A DNA stretch of 64,000 bases from Vicinamibacterales bacterium (GTDB lineage Bacteria; Acidobacteriota; Vicinamibacteria; Vicinamibacterales; UBA8438), in NCBI GenBank assembly GCA_965116845.1, contig OZ220728.1, forward strand, positions 4,333,268 through 4,397,267. Reading direction: 5' to 3'. Below are positions 7,721-17,516 of the stretch, in pieces. A program made the translations under genes and the position numbers. How positions within the stretch are numbered: position 1 is the stretch's first letter; the number at the start of each line of letters is the position of its first letter. Under the pieces are notes generated by a model. It had not been told where the DNA came from and ran no database searches. It saw nothing but the letters and a program-made list of their open reading frames with translations.

Positions 7721-10048
7721 ATGAAGAGTTCGCGGGGCAGGATGGCGCAGCTGATGGCCGCCATCCGGCGCATCAACGGGAGCCTCGAGCTCGACACCGT
7801 CCTGCAGGAGGTCGTCGAGAGCGCCTGCGCGCTGACCTCCGCCCGCCGCGGCGGGATCCTCACCGTCGACCCGGCCGGCCAGTTGCAGGACCTCATCATC
7901 TCCGGGATCACGCCCGAGGAACGCAGCCGGTTGATCGACTGGCCGGAAGGACACCGGCTCTTCGAACACCTGCGGGACCTGCCCGGTCCGCTGCGACTGC
8001 ACGACCTCCCCGCCTACCTCCGTTCGCTCGACCTCTCCGCCGAGCTGCTGCCGACGAAGGTCTTGCTGTGGACCCCCATCCGCCACCGGGGCGCGCACGT
8101 CGGCAACTTCTTCCTCGGTGACAAGGAGGGCGGACGCAGGTTCACGGCCGAGGACGAGGAGGTGCTGCGGTTGTTCGCCTCGCAGGCGGCGACGGCGATC
8201 GCGAATGCCCGTACCTACCGCGACGAACAGCGCACCCGGGCCGACCTGGAAGCCCTGATCGAGACCTCGCCGGTAGGCGTCCTGGTCGTGAACGCCAGAA
8301 CCGGCGAGGCGGTGTCGCTCAATCAGGAGGCGCGGCGGATTGTCGAGGTCCTGCGGTCGCCGGGCCACCCGACCGAGGACCTGCTGAAGGTGGCGACCTG
8401 CCGCCGGGCGGACGGACGGGTGATCGCTCTCGACGAGTTGCCGCTGGCCCGCCGGCTGGAAGCCCCCGAGACCGTCCGTGCCGAGGAGATCGTGCTGTCG
8501 GTCCCGGACGGCCGAAGTGTCAGGACGCTGATCAACGCCACGCCGATCCACTCTGCCGCGGGCGTCGAATCGCTCGTCGTCACCATCCAGGACCTGGCGC
8601 CGCTCGAGGAGCTCGAGCGGCTGCGGACCGAGTTCCTCGCCATGGTGAGCCATGAGTTGCGGGCGCCGCTGACCTCCATCATCGGCTCGGTGACCGCCCT
8701 GCTGCGTGCCACCCCGGGGCTGGACCCGGCCGAGATGCACGAGTTCTTCCGCATCATCGACGCCCAGGCCAACCACATGCGGACCCTGATCAGCGACCTG
8801 CTCGACGCCGGGCGCATCGAGTCCGGCACCCTGTCGGTCGCCCCCGAGCCGACCGAGCTGACTCGCCTCGTCGACCAGGCCAGGAGCACCTTCCTGAGCG
8901 GTGGCACCCGGCATGCCGTACTGCTCGACCTGCCGCCGGACCTGACGCGCGTGATGGCGGACCGGCCGCGCATCGTCCAGGTCCTGAACAACCTCTTCTC
9001 GAACGCGGCCCGCCACGCCCCCGAATCCTCCCCCATCCGCGTCGCCGCCGGGCGGGACGGCGTCTACGTCGCCGTGTCGGTATCCGACGAGGGTCCGGGC
9101 GTCCCCCCGGACCGGTTGCCGCAGCTGTTCCAGAAGCACGCCGACCCGCTCGCCGCCGGACGGGAGAGCGGGACGGCAGGGGCTGGCCTGGGTCTGGCCA
9201 TCTGCAAGGGCCTGGTGGAGGCGCACGGAGGCCGCATCTGGGCCGAGAGCGGCGACCACGGGCGGGGGACGCGGTTCACCTTCACGCTCCCGGCGGCCGA
9301 CGAGTCCGCAGGCGGCGCCGCGGCCGCCCTCGTTCCCAGCCCATCCCGTTCGCCTCGGCAGGACCGGGAGCGGAAGCGCATCCTGGTGGTGGATGATGAC
9401 CCGCAGCTGCTCCGCTACGTGCGCCACGCGTTGACCGAGGCCGGATACGCCCCGGTCGCCACGGGCGACACCCGCGACCTTGCCCGCCAGATCGCGACCC
9501 ACCGACCCGAGCTCGTCCTGCTGGACCTGTTGCTGCCGGGGCCGGACGGCATCGAACTGCTGCAGCAGGTCCCTGAGCTCTCGGACCTTCCGGTCATCTT
9601 CATCTCCGGTTACGGGCGGGACGAAACGATTGCCCGGGCCCTGGAGGCGGGCGCCGTCGACTACATCGTCAAGCCCTTCTCGACGACGGAGCTGACGGCG
9701 CGCATCGGTGCGGCCCTGCGGCGGCGGGCCGAGCCCGAGTCGTTCATGCTGGGAGAGCTGGTCATCGACTACGACCGCCGGCGGGTAACGGTGGCGGGCC
9801 GCCCGGTAGAGCTGACGGCCATTGAGTACGAGCTGCTGCGCGTGCTGTCGGTCAACGCAGGGCGCGTCGCGACCCACGACCTGCTGCTTCGCCAGGTCTG
9901 GCGGGCACGGGGCAAGACCGACACGAAGCGCGTGCGGGCCGCGATCAAGAATCTCCGCGCGAAGCTGGGCGACGACGCCGCACAACCGGTCTACATCCTC
10001 AACGAGCGCGGCGTGGGCTACCGCATGCCCCACCCCGACGAACCGTAG
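7721..10048 (+). CDS. hybrid signalling protein: GAF - PAS - HisKA - HATPase_c - REC - OmpR/PhoB winged-helix DNA-binding domain
   Basis: 775 aa, RBS GAGGTGG. H-box MVSHELRAPLTSIIG and G-box GLGLAICKGLVEAHGGRIWAES. Receiver region RILVVDDD...LVLLDLLLPGPDG...DYIVKPF. C-terminal LTAIEYELLRVL...VRAAIKNLRAKLGDD...RGVGYRM. Confidence 0.9.
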   Translation: MKSSRGRMAQLMAAIRRINGSLELDTVLQEVVESACALTSARRGGILTVDPAGQLQDLIISGITPEERSRLIDWPEGHRLFEHLRDLPGPLRLHDLPAYLRSLDLSAELLPTKVLLWTPIRHRGAHVGNFFLGDKEGGRRFTAEDEEVLRLFASQAATAIANARTYRDEQRTRADLEALIETSPVGVLVVNARTGEAVSLNQEARRIVEVLRSPGHPTEDLLKVATCRRADGRVIALDELPLARRLEAPETVRAEEIVLSVPDGRSVRTLINATPIHSAAGVESLVVTIQDLAPLEELERLRTEFLAMVSHELRAPLTSIIGSVTALLRATPGLDPAEMHEFFRIIDAQANHMRTLISDLLDAGRIESGTLSVAPEPTELTRLVDQARSTFLSGGTRHAVLLDLPPDLTRVMADRPRIVQVLNNLFSNAARHAPESSPIRVAAGRDGVYVAVSVSDEGPGVPPDRLPQLFQKHADPLAAGRESGTAGAGLGLAICKGLVEAHGGRIWAESGDHGRGTRFTFTLPAADESAGGAAAALVPSPSRSPRQDRERKRILVVDDDPQLLRYVRHALTEAGYAPVATGDTRDLARQIATHRPELVLLDLLLPGPDGIELLQQVPELSDLPVIFISGYGRDETIARALEAGAVDYIVKPFSTTELTARIGAALRRRAEPESFMLGELVIDYDRRRVTVAGRPVELTAIEYELLRVLSVNAGRVATHDLLLRQVWRARGKTDTKRVRAAIKNLRAKLGDDAAQPVYILNERGVGYRMPHPDEP

Positions 10049-10131
10049 ACGCTACGCGGCCCCAAGAGTTGCTCGCACCGCTGACCGGTCTTCGTCCCCG
10101 GAGCACCCGGTCCGGTGGAATCGCGTCCAGG

Positions 10132-10569
10132 ATGAGGAACAGACGAATCCAACCGGCAGTTGCGGCGGTCTTCGGTGCGTTGGTGCTGTCCTGGCTGTCG
10201 GTCGTGGCCCAGCAACAGGCGGAGGAGCCGCCTCCCATGGGCTTCTTCATCACCAGTGCCGGCCTCGGCGACGGCGCCAACCTGGGTGGGCTGGACGGGG
10301 CGGACGCTCACTGCCAGACGCTGGCCGCCGCGGTGAGCGCCGGCAACCGCACCTGGCGGGCCTACCTGAGCACGCAGGGCCCTGGAGCCGTCAACGCACG
10401 TGATCGGATCGGGGAAGGACCGTGGGCGAACGCGGAGGGCCTCGTCATGGCCGGCGGCCGCCGCGCAAGACTCGAGCGCGACCGCCAGCCACCCGACTCA
10501 GGACCGAATCTCAGCGCGCGCGGCGCCGTTCCTCCGGTCCGGAAAGAGGCTCGAACCCCGATGGCCTGA
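10132..10569 (+). CDS. hypothetical exported protein, possibly truncated
   Basis: Signal peptide MRNRRIQPAVAAVFGALVLSWLSVVAQQ. The motif FFITSAGLGDGANLGGLDGADAHCQ...WRAYLST recalls a secreted family I associate with DUF1554-like proteins. The C-terminal 45 aa are Arg/Pro-rich and look non-native. Confidence 0.5.
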   Translation: MRNRRIQPAVAAVFGALVLSWLSVVAQQQAEEPPPMGFFITSAGLGDGANLGGLDGADAHCQTLAAAVSAGNRTWRAYLSTQGPGAVNARDRIGEGPWANAEGLVMAGGRRARLERDRQPPDSGPNLSARGAVPPVRKEARTPMA

Positions 10570-10598
10570 CGGTCACCGGGATTCGAGTCCGGAGCCCA

Positions 10599-10802
10599 CT
10601 AGGCGGGTGTGACGTTCTCGGCGCGCGGGCCCTTCGGGCCCTGGCCGAGCGTGAACGTCACGCTGTCGCCCTCGCGCATGGCGTCGAACGGCGTGCTCGT
10701 GCACGCGGACTGGTGAAAGAAGTACTCGACGCCGTCCGGCGCCGCGATGAAGCCGAAGCCCTTGTCGGTGATGCGCTTGATCGTGCCTGTCGAAGATGCC
10801 AT
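10599..10802 (-). CDS. cold-shock protein (CspA family)
   Basis: 67 aa from ATG 10802 (GAGGA RBS). GTIKRITDKGFGFIAAPDGVEYFFH carries the RNP-1/RNP-2 motifs. Confidence 0.9.
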   Translation of the reverse strand: MASSTGTIKRITDKGFGFIAAPDGVEYFFHQSACTSTPFDAMREGDSVTFTLGQGPKGPRAENVTPA

Positions 10803-11109
10803 GCTGGAGTCCTCTGTGTGTGGTCGGCCGAAATAGGCCATGAACGCATCGACGCGCTCTCGTCGATGCACTGTCACGATTGACAACGGCAACGCCCTGC
10901 CTCCTCATGAGGCCGCGCGCCCATGGTAGCTGCTTTGCTGAGGATTGGAGCTTCAGGTTCGGCAGAACGCCGAGGGAGTAAGCGCAAGTCTCTTCAAAAC
11001 GACTGGTCCAGTGTGGCACATCTTCGCCCGGTTGGCAAGGAAGCCTCGAGATTTTTCTTGACCGGGTCGCGGCCGGAACAAGCCTCGCGCGCGACGCGTC
11101 TGACTCCAC

Positions 11110-12915
11110 ATGACCATGGTACGGACCCGCAGCGGTCGGCCGCTGCGGCTGTGGCCCGGTGTGGTGGCCGCGCTCCTTCTGGCGTTGATCCGGTTCGGGG
11201 CGCCACTCGTGAGCTTCGCATCGGCCCCTCTGGTCGGGCTCTTGGGTGGCTTCGCCGGTGCCGCGGCGATCGTCATCTGGTGGGCGTTCTTCAGCCGGGC
11301 GCCGTTCGCCGAGCGCTGGGGTGCGGTCTGGCTGATGGTGGTCGCTCTGGCCGCGACGCCGCGCCTCCTTCACGAGTCGGTCGCCATGGGGAATCTGGGG
11401 CTCCAGTTCTTCCTCTACGCCGTCCCGACCCTGAGCCTGGTGCTCGTTGTCTGGGCGGTTGCGAGCCGTGACCTTGCTCCTGGACCTCGGCGCGTGTCGA
11501 TGGTCGCGGCCATTCTGCTCGCGAGCGGCGTGTGGACGCTCGTCCGCAGCGATGGGGTCACCGGCGACGGCGTGCCGGAGTTCGCGTGGCGCTGGTCGGC
11601 GACCGCCGAGGAGCGCCTCCTGGCTCCCGCCGCCACCGCGGACACGCCCGGGGCTCGCCCGCCGGCTCCGGCGGCGAGGCCTGAAGTCGCTGCGGAGAGC
11701 GGGACCGGCGGCGAGATGGCACCCGCGATCGCCAGCGGGAGCCCGCTCACGAAAGCCGAGTGGCCCGGCCTTCGCGGGCCGCGGCGCGACGGTGTCGTCC
11801 GCGGCATTCGCATCGAGACCGACTGGGCATCGTCGCCGCCGGTCGAGCTGTGGCGCCGGCCGATCGGGCCGGGCGTCTCGTCCTTCGCGGTGCAGGGCGA
11901 CCTTCTCTACACGCAGGAGCAGCGCGGCGAAGACGAGATCGTCTCCGCCTACCATGTCAAGACGGGGAAGCCGATCTGGAAACACCGCGACGCCAGCCGT
12001 TTCTGGGATGCCCATGTCGGCGCCGGCCCGCGCGCGACACCGGCGGTCGCCGACGGGCGCGTCTACGCGCTGGGCGCCACGGGCATCCTGAACGCGCTCG
12101 ACGCGGCCAGCGGCGACGTTGTCTGGTCGCGCAACGCGGCCTCCGATGCCGGCGCGGAGCTCCCGCTCTGGGGTTTCGTCAGCTCGCCATTGGTGGTCGA
12201 CGACGTCGTCATCGTCTACACCGACTCGCTCGCCGCGTATGACCTCGCCACCGGCGAGCCACGCTGGACCGGCCCGGGCGGTGGCGGAAGCCACAGCTCA
12301 CCGCAGCTCCTGACGATCGACGGCGTGGCGCAGGTGGCGCTGCTCGCGAACGACGGCGTGGTCAGCGTCGCGCCGGCCGACGGCAAGCTGCTCTGGGAGC
12401 ACCCGTGGCCCGGCGTCGGTATCGTGCAACCGGTCCTGACCGCGGCGGGCGACATCCTGTTCAGCATGGTCAACACCGCCGCCGCTCCCATCGGCACGCG
12501 CCGCATCGCCGTGGCGCAGGAACCCGGCGGCTGGACCACCGAGGAACGTTGGACGTCCTCCGGGCTCAAGCCTTCCTTCAGCTCCGTCGTCGTGCACGAC
12601 GGCCACGCCTTCGGCTTCGACGGCCGCATCCTCGCATCCATCGACGCCGAGGACGGGGAACGCAACTGGAAGGGCGGTCGCTACGGAAGCGGCCAGCTCT
12701 TGCTGCTGACCGACCAGGATCTGTTACTGGTAGTTGCGGAGCGCGGCGATCTCGCCCTGGTCGAGGCCTCCCCCGACCGCCATACGGAGCTTGCGCGGTT
12801 CCCGGCAATCGAGGGGAAGACCTGGAGCCAGCCGGCTCTGGCGGGCGACACGCTGCTGGTTCGCAACCGCCGGGAGATGGCGGCGTTCCGGCTGGCCATG
12901 GAACGGTCCCACTGA
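11110..12915 (+). CDS. PQQ-like beta-propeller (BamB-like) repeat protein with polytopic N-terminal membrane domain
   Basis: 601 aa. About 4-5 hydrophobic helices in the first 160 aa. Then repeated propeller blades (GDLLYTQ, DGRVYALG, SGDVVWS, TGEPRWT, DGKLLWE, DGERNWK, GDTLLVRN). Confidence 0.8.
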   Translation: MTMVRTRSGRPLRLWPGVVAALLLALIRFGAPLVSFASAPLVGLLGGFAGAAAIVIWWAFFSRAPFAERWGAVWLMVVALAATPRLLHESVAMGNLGLQFFLYAVPTLSLVLVVWAVASRDLAPGPRRVSMVAAILLASGVWTLVRSDGVTGDGVPEFAWRWSATAEERLLAPAATADTPGARPPAPAARPEVAAESGTGGEMAPAIASGSPLTKAEWPGLRGPRRDGVVRGIRIETDWASSPPVELWRRPIGPGVSSFAVQGDLLYTQEQRGEDEIVSAYHVKTGKPIWKHRDASRFWDAHVGAGPRATPAVADGRVYALGATGILNALDAASGDVVWSRNAASDAGAELPLWGFVSSPLVVDDVVIVYTDSLAAYDLATGEPRWTGPGGGGSHSSPQLLTIDGVAQVALLANDGVVSVAPADGKLLWEHPWPGVGIVQPVLTAAGDILFSMVNTAAAPIGTRRIAVAQEPGGWTTEERWTSSGLKPSFSSVVVHDGHAFGFDGRILASIDAEDGERNWKGGRYGSGQLLLLTDQDLLLVVAERGDLALVEASPDRHTELARFPAIEGKTWSQPALAGDTLLVRNRREMAAFRLAMERSH

Positions 12916-13037
12916 AGGAAGCCGGGATGCAGGCGGAAGGACCTCTCAGGCCTCGATCCCGCCCCCCGGCAGGGGGTCCGGTCGCTCGAGGCGCCCCGGA
13001 AATCGCCCGGTCCCGAAGGCGCCGCGCCCGCCGGGCG

Positions 13038-13901
13038 CTACGGATAATACTCGGGAGCCTTCCGGAGCGACTCGTGGTGGGCGTGGTCGTGCTCGATCCA
13101 GAGTTCGGCGCCCGTCTCCTCCATGAAGGCATCGAGCTTCTCGAACGAGGCGCGCGTCTGTGCCTCGTCGAAGTTGAACGTCGGCACCCGCCGCAGCTCG
13201 TAGCTCGGGGCCGTGTGATAGAGGTCGCCGCTCAGCACGATGGGGCCCGTCTCCGCCAGATCGACGAACAGCACCTGATGCCCCGGCGTGTGCCCGGGCG
13301 TCGACACGATGACGACCCGCCCGTCGCCGAAGACGTCGTGGTCGTCGTCGCCCTCGATCACGATCGTCTCGCTGTTCTCCAGCTCGCGGTATATCTCCGG
13401 AGTGCCCCAGCCGACGCCCTCCGCCTCCCCGGAGAAGGCGTATTCCCGCTCCGCTTCTCGCGCCAGCCAGATCGAATCCTTGAAGGCGTTCGCGTTGCCC
13501 GCGTGATCGCCGTGCATGTGCGACATCGCCACGTAGGTGATGTCGCCGAAACCGTAGCCCAGCCCGGCCAGTTGGCTTTCGAGCGTGTTCTCCGCGTCGG
13601 GGGCGAACGGCAGGCCGGTATCCCACACCAGCGTGCCCCGCGGATGCTCGACGAGATAGCACGGCACGGCCATGTCGCGCGACGGCACCTCGTCCGGCGC
13701 CAGCGAGAGAATCTCCAGAATCTCGTCGACCATGAAGATGTACCCGCAATCGAGCACGTACAGCCGCACGCTGCCCGACTCTTGCGACGCCGCCGGCTGG
13801 GGCTCCACCTCGCCGCTCGCCGACGGAGCGCCAGCGAGCGCGCCGAGCACGCCGACCGCGACGAGGGCGCGGAGCACACGAGCGCCTTTCACGAGCGTCA
13901 T
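13038..13901 (-). CDS. exported MBL-fold lactonase (N-acyl-homoserine-lactonase-like)
   Basis: Signal peptide. HMHGDHAGN (HxHxDH) plus TPGHTPGH and SGDLYH. Size and motif spacing resemble AiiA-type lactonases. Confidence 0.8.
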   Translation of the reverse strand: MTLVKGARVLRALVAVGVLGALAGAPSASGEVEPQPAASQESGSVRLYVLDCGYIFMVDEILEILSLAPDEVPSRDMAVPCYLVEHPRGTLVWDTGLPFAPDAENTLESQLAGLGYGFGDITYVAMSHMHGDHAGNANAFKDSIWLAREAEREYAFSGEAEGVGWGTPEIYRELENSETIVIEGDDDHDVFGDGRVVIVSTPGHTPGHQVLFVDLAETGPIVLSGDLYHTAPSYELRRVPTFNFDEAQTRASFEKLDAFMEETGAELWIEHDHAHHESLRKAPEYYP

Positions 13902-13919
13902 CGTTGGTTCTCCCCCTTC

Positions 13920-14921
13920 TCAGAAGGTCGCCAGGACATTGATCGACGAGCCTCCCCCGGCCTTGATGTTCAGCGGCGCTCCGGTGACCATGAACTCCCA
14001 GCGGTTCAGCTCCTCCGCCAGGTCTGCCACCGCTTCCAGGTCCTGACCGTCGAGGATGACCGCGCCCAACGCGACCAGCACCGCGCTGTGAATCGGCAAT
14101 CCGACACCCCGTTCCACGCCGGCCGGCCGCACGTCGTTCGGTCCGTCGTCGGCGACGATCGCCACGTCCCGCGCCTTGAACCACGGGATGACCGACCAGT
14201 GCCACCCGGCATCGGGCCCGGCCATGCCCACCTCCCACGGGCCCAGCGCCGCGCGCCGCGCCCACTTGCCCGTGCGCAGGAACACGGCGTCGCCCGGCAG
14301 CACCTCGATACCGGTCTCCTCCTCCCACGCCTCGATGTCCGCGAGGGTGACCGGGGTCCCCGGCTCGAGCCACGGGAGGCCCTTGAAACGGGGCATGTCG
14401 ATCAGCACGCCGCGCGTAATGAACCCATCCTTCCAGACGTCGATGCCGAGCTTGTGGCACCCGTCGTCGTCCTCGACCTCTTCCCGCGGATATCCGTTGT
14501 ACGCCTTGCCCTGGTAGAAGAAATGGCACAGGGCATCGACATGGCTGTGAAAGGTCCCGCCGTGCACGGTCTCCCAGATGAACTTGTTGCCGTGGTTGAA
14601 CTTCTGGAAGGGGGTATGGACGTCGGGGTCGGCCGTCTCTATCAACTGATGCTCCAGCGACACCGACCGGCCGGTCTCGACGAGCGCCGCCGCCTGCTTG
14701 CGCTTCTCGGGCGTGATGAGGTTGACGGCGCCGAGCTGGTCGTCCGGCCCCCAGCGGCCCCAGTTGGACACTTCCTGGAACATCCGGTCCCACGCCTCCT
14801 GGGTCAGCACGGGATAGCCGCCGATGCCCGGCGGCTCACTCTGCGACGACGGCCGTGCGACGAGCCCTCCGGCGACCAGAAGCGCGACCCCGGCGCCACA
14901 GGCAACGGATCTCAATCTCAT
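13920..14921 (-). CDS. exported cyclase-family protein (kynurenine-formamidase-like hydrolase)
   Basis: ATG 14921 preceded by GGAGGGAGGAG. Signal MRLRSVACGAGVALLVAGG. Motif HGGTFHSHVDALCH resembles the cyclase/formamidase metal site. The upstream part of the 528-aa ORF is Arg-rich shadow. Confidence 0.8.
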   Translation of the reverse strand: MRLRSVACGAGVALLVAGGLVARPSSQSEPPGIGGYPVLTQEAWDRMFQEVSNWGRWGPDDQLGAVNLITPEKRKQAAALVETGRSVSLEHQLIETADPDVHTPFQKFNHGNKFIWETVHGGTFHSHVDALCHFFYQGKAYNGYPREEVEDDDGCHKLGIDVWKDGFITRGVLIDMPRFKGLPWLEPGTPVTLADIEAWEEETGIEVLPGDAVFLRTGKWARRAALGPWEVGMAGPDAGWHWSVIPWFKARDVAIVADDGPNDVRPAGVERGVGLPIHSAVLVALGAVILDGQDLEAVADLAEELNRWEFMVTGAPLNIKAGGGSSINVLATF

Positions 14922-15040
14922 GATGCTCCTCCCTCCGACGTCGAGCCGGCGGCATGCTTTCGCCGAAGCGGGTCGGCCGCGCGACGCACTCGCGGCCGGA
15001 GCTGGCCGCGACATCGAGGCCGGGCGCCAGGACACCGTCG

Positions 15041-15718
15041 TCACGACCGCCCACCCGGTGCCGTCCTGCGCGCGGTGGCGACATTTCGGTACATCGGTCC
15101 GCGCTTCCGAACGGCGTCGAGCCGCCGGGTGTCGAAGGGTGCCGGCGGGCTCGCCGAATCGGCGTTCGAGATCCGCCCCATGGCCGCCAGCACCCTGGGC
15201 TCGCTGTAGTACCCGGTGTAGGCAGCCCGCAACAACGCGTCGAACGCGTCCTTCTTGTGCCGCGCCATCTCCCGAAGCCGGCCGTCCTGCTCTGCTTCGG
15301 ACAGGCTCGCAAACCGTTCCCCGGCATCCGCCTCGTTCAGCAACGCGATGACGCGCGGTCTCAGGTGCGGCGCATCCACGAGCACGCCATCGATGAACCG
15401 GGCAACCCCCACGTCGCCGGCGCCGGGCATCACATCGTCGGCGGGGATGATGCGGTGGAGGACCGCCGCCAACACGAGTGCCTGCGCCGGGGTCAGGACC
15501 TTGCAACCCCTCGCGTCGTCACCTGCACCGGTAGCGTCCACCGGGTCGCCTATCGGGGTGGGCGAGGTGCTGCCCCGGGCCTTCGCGGGCAACGCAGCCG
15601 CACCGGCCGCCGCCGAGACCACCACCGCACCCTGGATGAACTTCCGCCTGGAGATCGGCGATTCGGGATAGCGGTGTGTGCCCCGTCGACTTGCGTCACT
15701 CTTCGCGGGATTCGCCAT
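15041..15718 (-). CDS. gluconate 2-dehydrogenase subunit 3 family protein (Tat-signal small subunit)
   Basis: Twin-arginine signal SRRKFIQGAVVVSAAAGAAA. Sits directly downstream of the GMC flavoprotein gene. Confidence 0.75.
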   Translation of the reverse strand: MANPAKSDASRRGTHRYPESPISRRKFIQGAVVVSAAAGAAALPAKARGSTSPTPIGDPVDATGAGDDARGCKVLTPAQALVLAAVLHRIIPADDVMPGAGDVGVARFIDGVLVDAPHLRPRVIALLNEADAGERFASLSEAEQDGRLREMARHKKDAFDALLRAAYTGYYSEPRVLAAMGRISNADSASPPAPFDTRRLDAVRKRGPMYRNVATARRTAPGGRS

Positions 15719-15828
15719 GGTCTGCAGGTTCCCTTCGCCCCCGGCCAGCGGCCTCCGCTCCAGCCCGCCATTCGTCACCTGACGGCTCCGCCTGGCGCCC
15801 AGCCAAGCCTACAGGGGTTCGCGCCGCC

Positions 15829-17511
15829 CTACCGCGCAGACTCCTGGGCCAGCAGCTCCCGCGCGTTGCTCTTGACGTAGTCCGCCGTCCGCAGGGCGAT
15901 CGCCTGAATCGTCGACGTCGGAACGCACGAGGCGGCGGTCGTGAACACGCTGCCGTCGATGATGAACAGGTTCCTCACATCGTGGGCCCGGCCCCATCGA
16001 TCGACGACCGACAGGTCGGGGTCGGTCCCCATGCGGGCCGTGCCCAGGTAGTGGCCGGGCGCGGGAGCCACCTTCTCCGCCGAGACGATCCGGGTTGCAC
16101 CGGCCGCTTCCAACACTTCCTTGCAGCGCTCCATTCCGTAGTCGAGCATCTTCTGCGTGTTCTCTCCCCGCCGGTAGAACAGCTTCGGGGCCGGTATGCC
16201 CGCATCGTCGGTGAGGTCGGGATCGAGCTCCACGCGATTGAAGTCCTCGGAAAGCTCGTCGCAGTACATCATCAGGGCCACGGTCTGGTCGAGCCGCTCC
16301 CGGAGCGCGGCGTGGTGGGCCGCTCCCCACGGCACTTCCCGTCCGGAAGCGCGACTCGCGGCGAGCTCGGGGGGACCGGCCGAGGCGATCGACTCCGGGT
16401 TCGCACCGAGCGCCGCCTCGATGGGCCCGCGGTAGGCGCCGGACAGGATCCAGAAGCCGCGCGCGAATCCACGGCCGTCCGCGCTGTCGGAGAACTCGTC
16501 GCTCGTCAGAAACGTGCTGGCGGGCACCGGGGTCGCCAGCTCCTCGTAGTCGAACGAGCCCACCACCGTGGCCTTCGGGTGCCCCATGAGCCCCTTCCCG
16601 ACCAGCCCGCTGCCGTTGGCCAGGCCGTGCGCGAAGTACCGGGACCTGGAGTTGAGGAGCAGCCTCGGGGTGCCGATTCCGTTGCAGGCCACGACCACCA
16701 TGCGTGCCCGCTGCTCGGTGAGGCGTCCGTCGGCGTCGTAGTAGAGGGCGCCGCTTGCCAGGCCGTCCCCGCCCACGGTGATCTCCCGGACCCGGGCCCG
16801 CGTCTTCAGCACCACCCCGTTCCGCAGCGCCGCGGGCCAGTGGACGACGTCGGAGCTGTTCTTCGCCTCTCGGGGGCACCCCTGGTGACACGATTCGCAG
16901 TTCCGGGGGCACGGCTGCCGATCCTCGTGCGGCGCAGTCACCACCGCCCGCTCGCCCGGCCACCAGTGCCATCCCAGCCGGTCGAAGCCGCGGATGAGCA
17001 CCTCCCCGGCCTTGTTGAGCGGATGGGGAGGCATCAGGTCGACCGGCTTGGGCGGGTAGGCAGGATTGCCGGGGATCCCCGATACGCCGACCATCCGATC
17101 GTTCGAATCGTAGTACGGCGCCAGGTCCCAGTAATTGATGGGCCAGTCCTCACCCACGCCGGAGAGGCTGCCGGCCACGAAGTCCGAAGGGCGCAGCCTG
17201 GCCCACAGCGCGGCGTAGTGGACCGTGGCGCCCCCAACGGCGTTCCCCAGAATGGGCTGCCAGTACGACTCGGAGTGATCGTACGGGTAGCCGTTCGCAA
17301 AGTGACGAATCCCGTCGCGTGGCAGCGGCGTCACCAGCCGCTGACGTTCCCCGCCGCCTTCCGCGCGGGAGTCGGACGGCCGAGCCACCCAGTCGCCCTG
17401 CTCCAGACACACGACCCTGATGCCCGGAACCTGGCTGAGCGACCAGGCGAAAGCCCCCCCGGACGCGCCGCTGCCGATGATGAGGACGTCCGCGATGTCG
17501 GAAGTCGGCAT
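15829..17511 (-). CDS. GMC family FAD oxidoreductase (no own signal peptide)
   Basis: ATG 17511. N-terminal DVLIIGSGASGG Rossmann motif and C-terminal HYLGTARMG ... NLFIIDGSVF GMC signature. Start lies 5 nt after the ankyrin gene stop. Confidence 0.9.
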   Translation of the reverse strand: MPTSDIADVLIIGSGASGGAFAWSLSQVPGIRVVCLEQGDWVARPSDSRAEGGGERQRLVTPLPRDGIRHFANGYPYDHSESYWQPILGNAVGGATVHYAALWARLRPSDFVAGSLSGVGEDWPINYWDLAPYYDSNDRMVGVSGIPGNPAYPPKPVDLMPPHPLNKAGEVLIRGFDRLGWHWWPGERAVVTAPHEDRQPCPRNCESCHQGCPREAKNSSDVVHWPAALRNGVVLKTRARVREITVGGDGLASGALYYDADGRLTEQRARMVVVACNGIGTPRLLLNSRSRYFAHGLANGSGLVGKGLMGHPKATVVGSFDYEELATPVPASTFLTSDEFSDSADGRGFARGFWILSGAYRGPIEAALGANPESIASAGPPELAASRASGREVPWGAAHHAALRERLDQTVALMMYCDELSEDFNRVELDPDLTDDAGIPAPKLFYRRGENTQKMLDYGMERCKEVLEAAGATRIVSAEKVAPAPGHYLGTARMGTDPDLSVVDRWGRAHDVRNLFIIDGSVFTTAASCVPTSTIQAIALRTADYVKSNARELLAQESAR

Positions 17512-17516
17512 CTGGG

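Noticed and set aside
10430-10569. A possible frameshift that would restore a longer C-terminus for the exported protein 10132..10569.
   Set aside because: The other two frames were translated by hand across 10430-10600. Neither gave a sequence resembling the expected continuation, so truncation versus a naturally short variant stays unresolved.
10537-10598. tRNA-like T-arm strings (GGCTCGAACCCCGAT and CCGGGATTCGAGTCCGGAGCCCAC) between the exported hypothetical gene and the csp gene. Considered as a tRNA gene, a tmRNA end or an att-site remnant.
   Set aside because: No canonical 5-bp T-stem with a 7-nt loop can be drawn. There is no acceptor, D or anticodon arm and no CCA context. More likely a chance resemblance or part of the convergent-gene terminator region.
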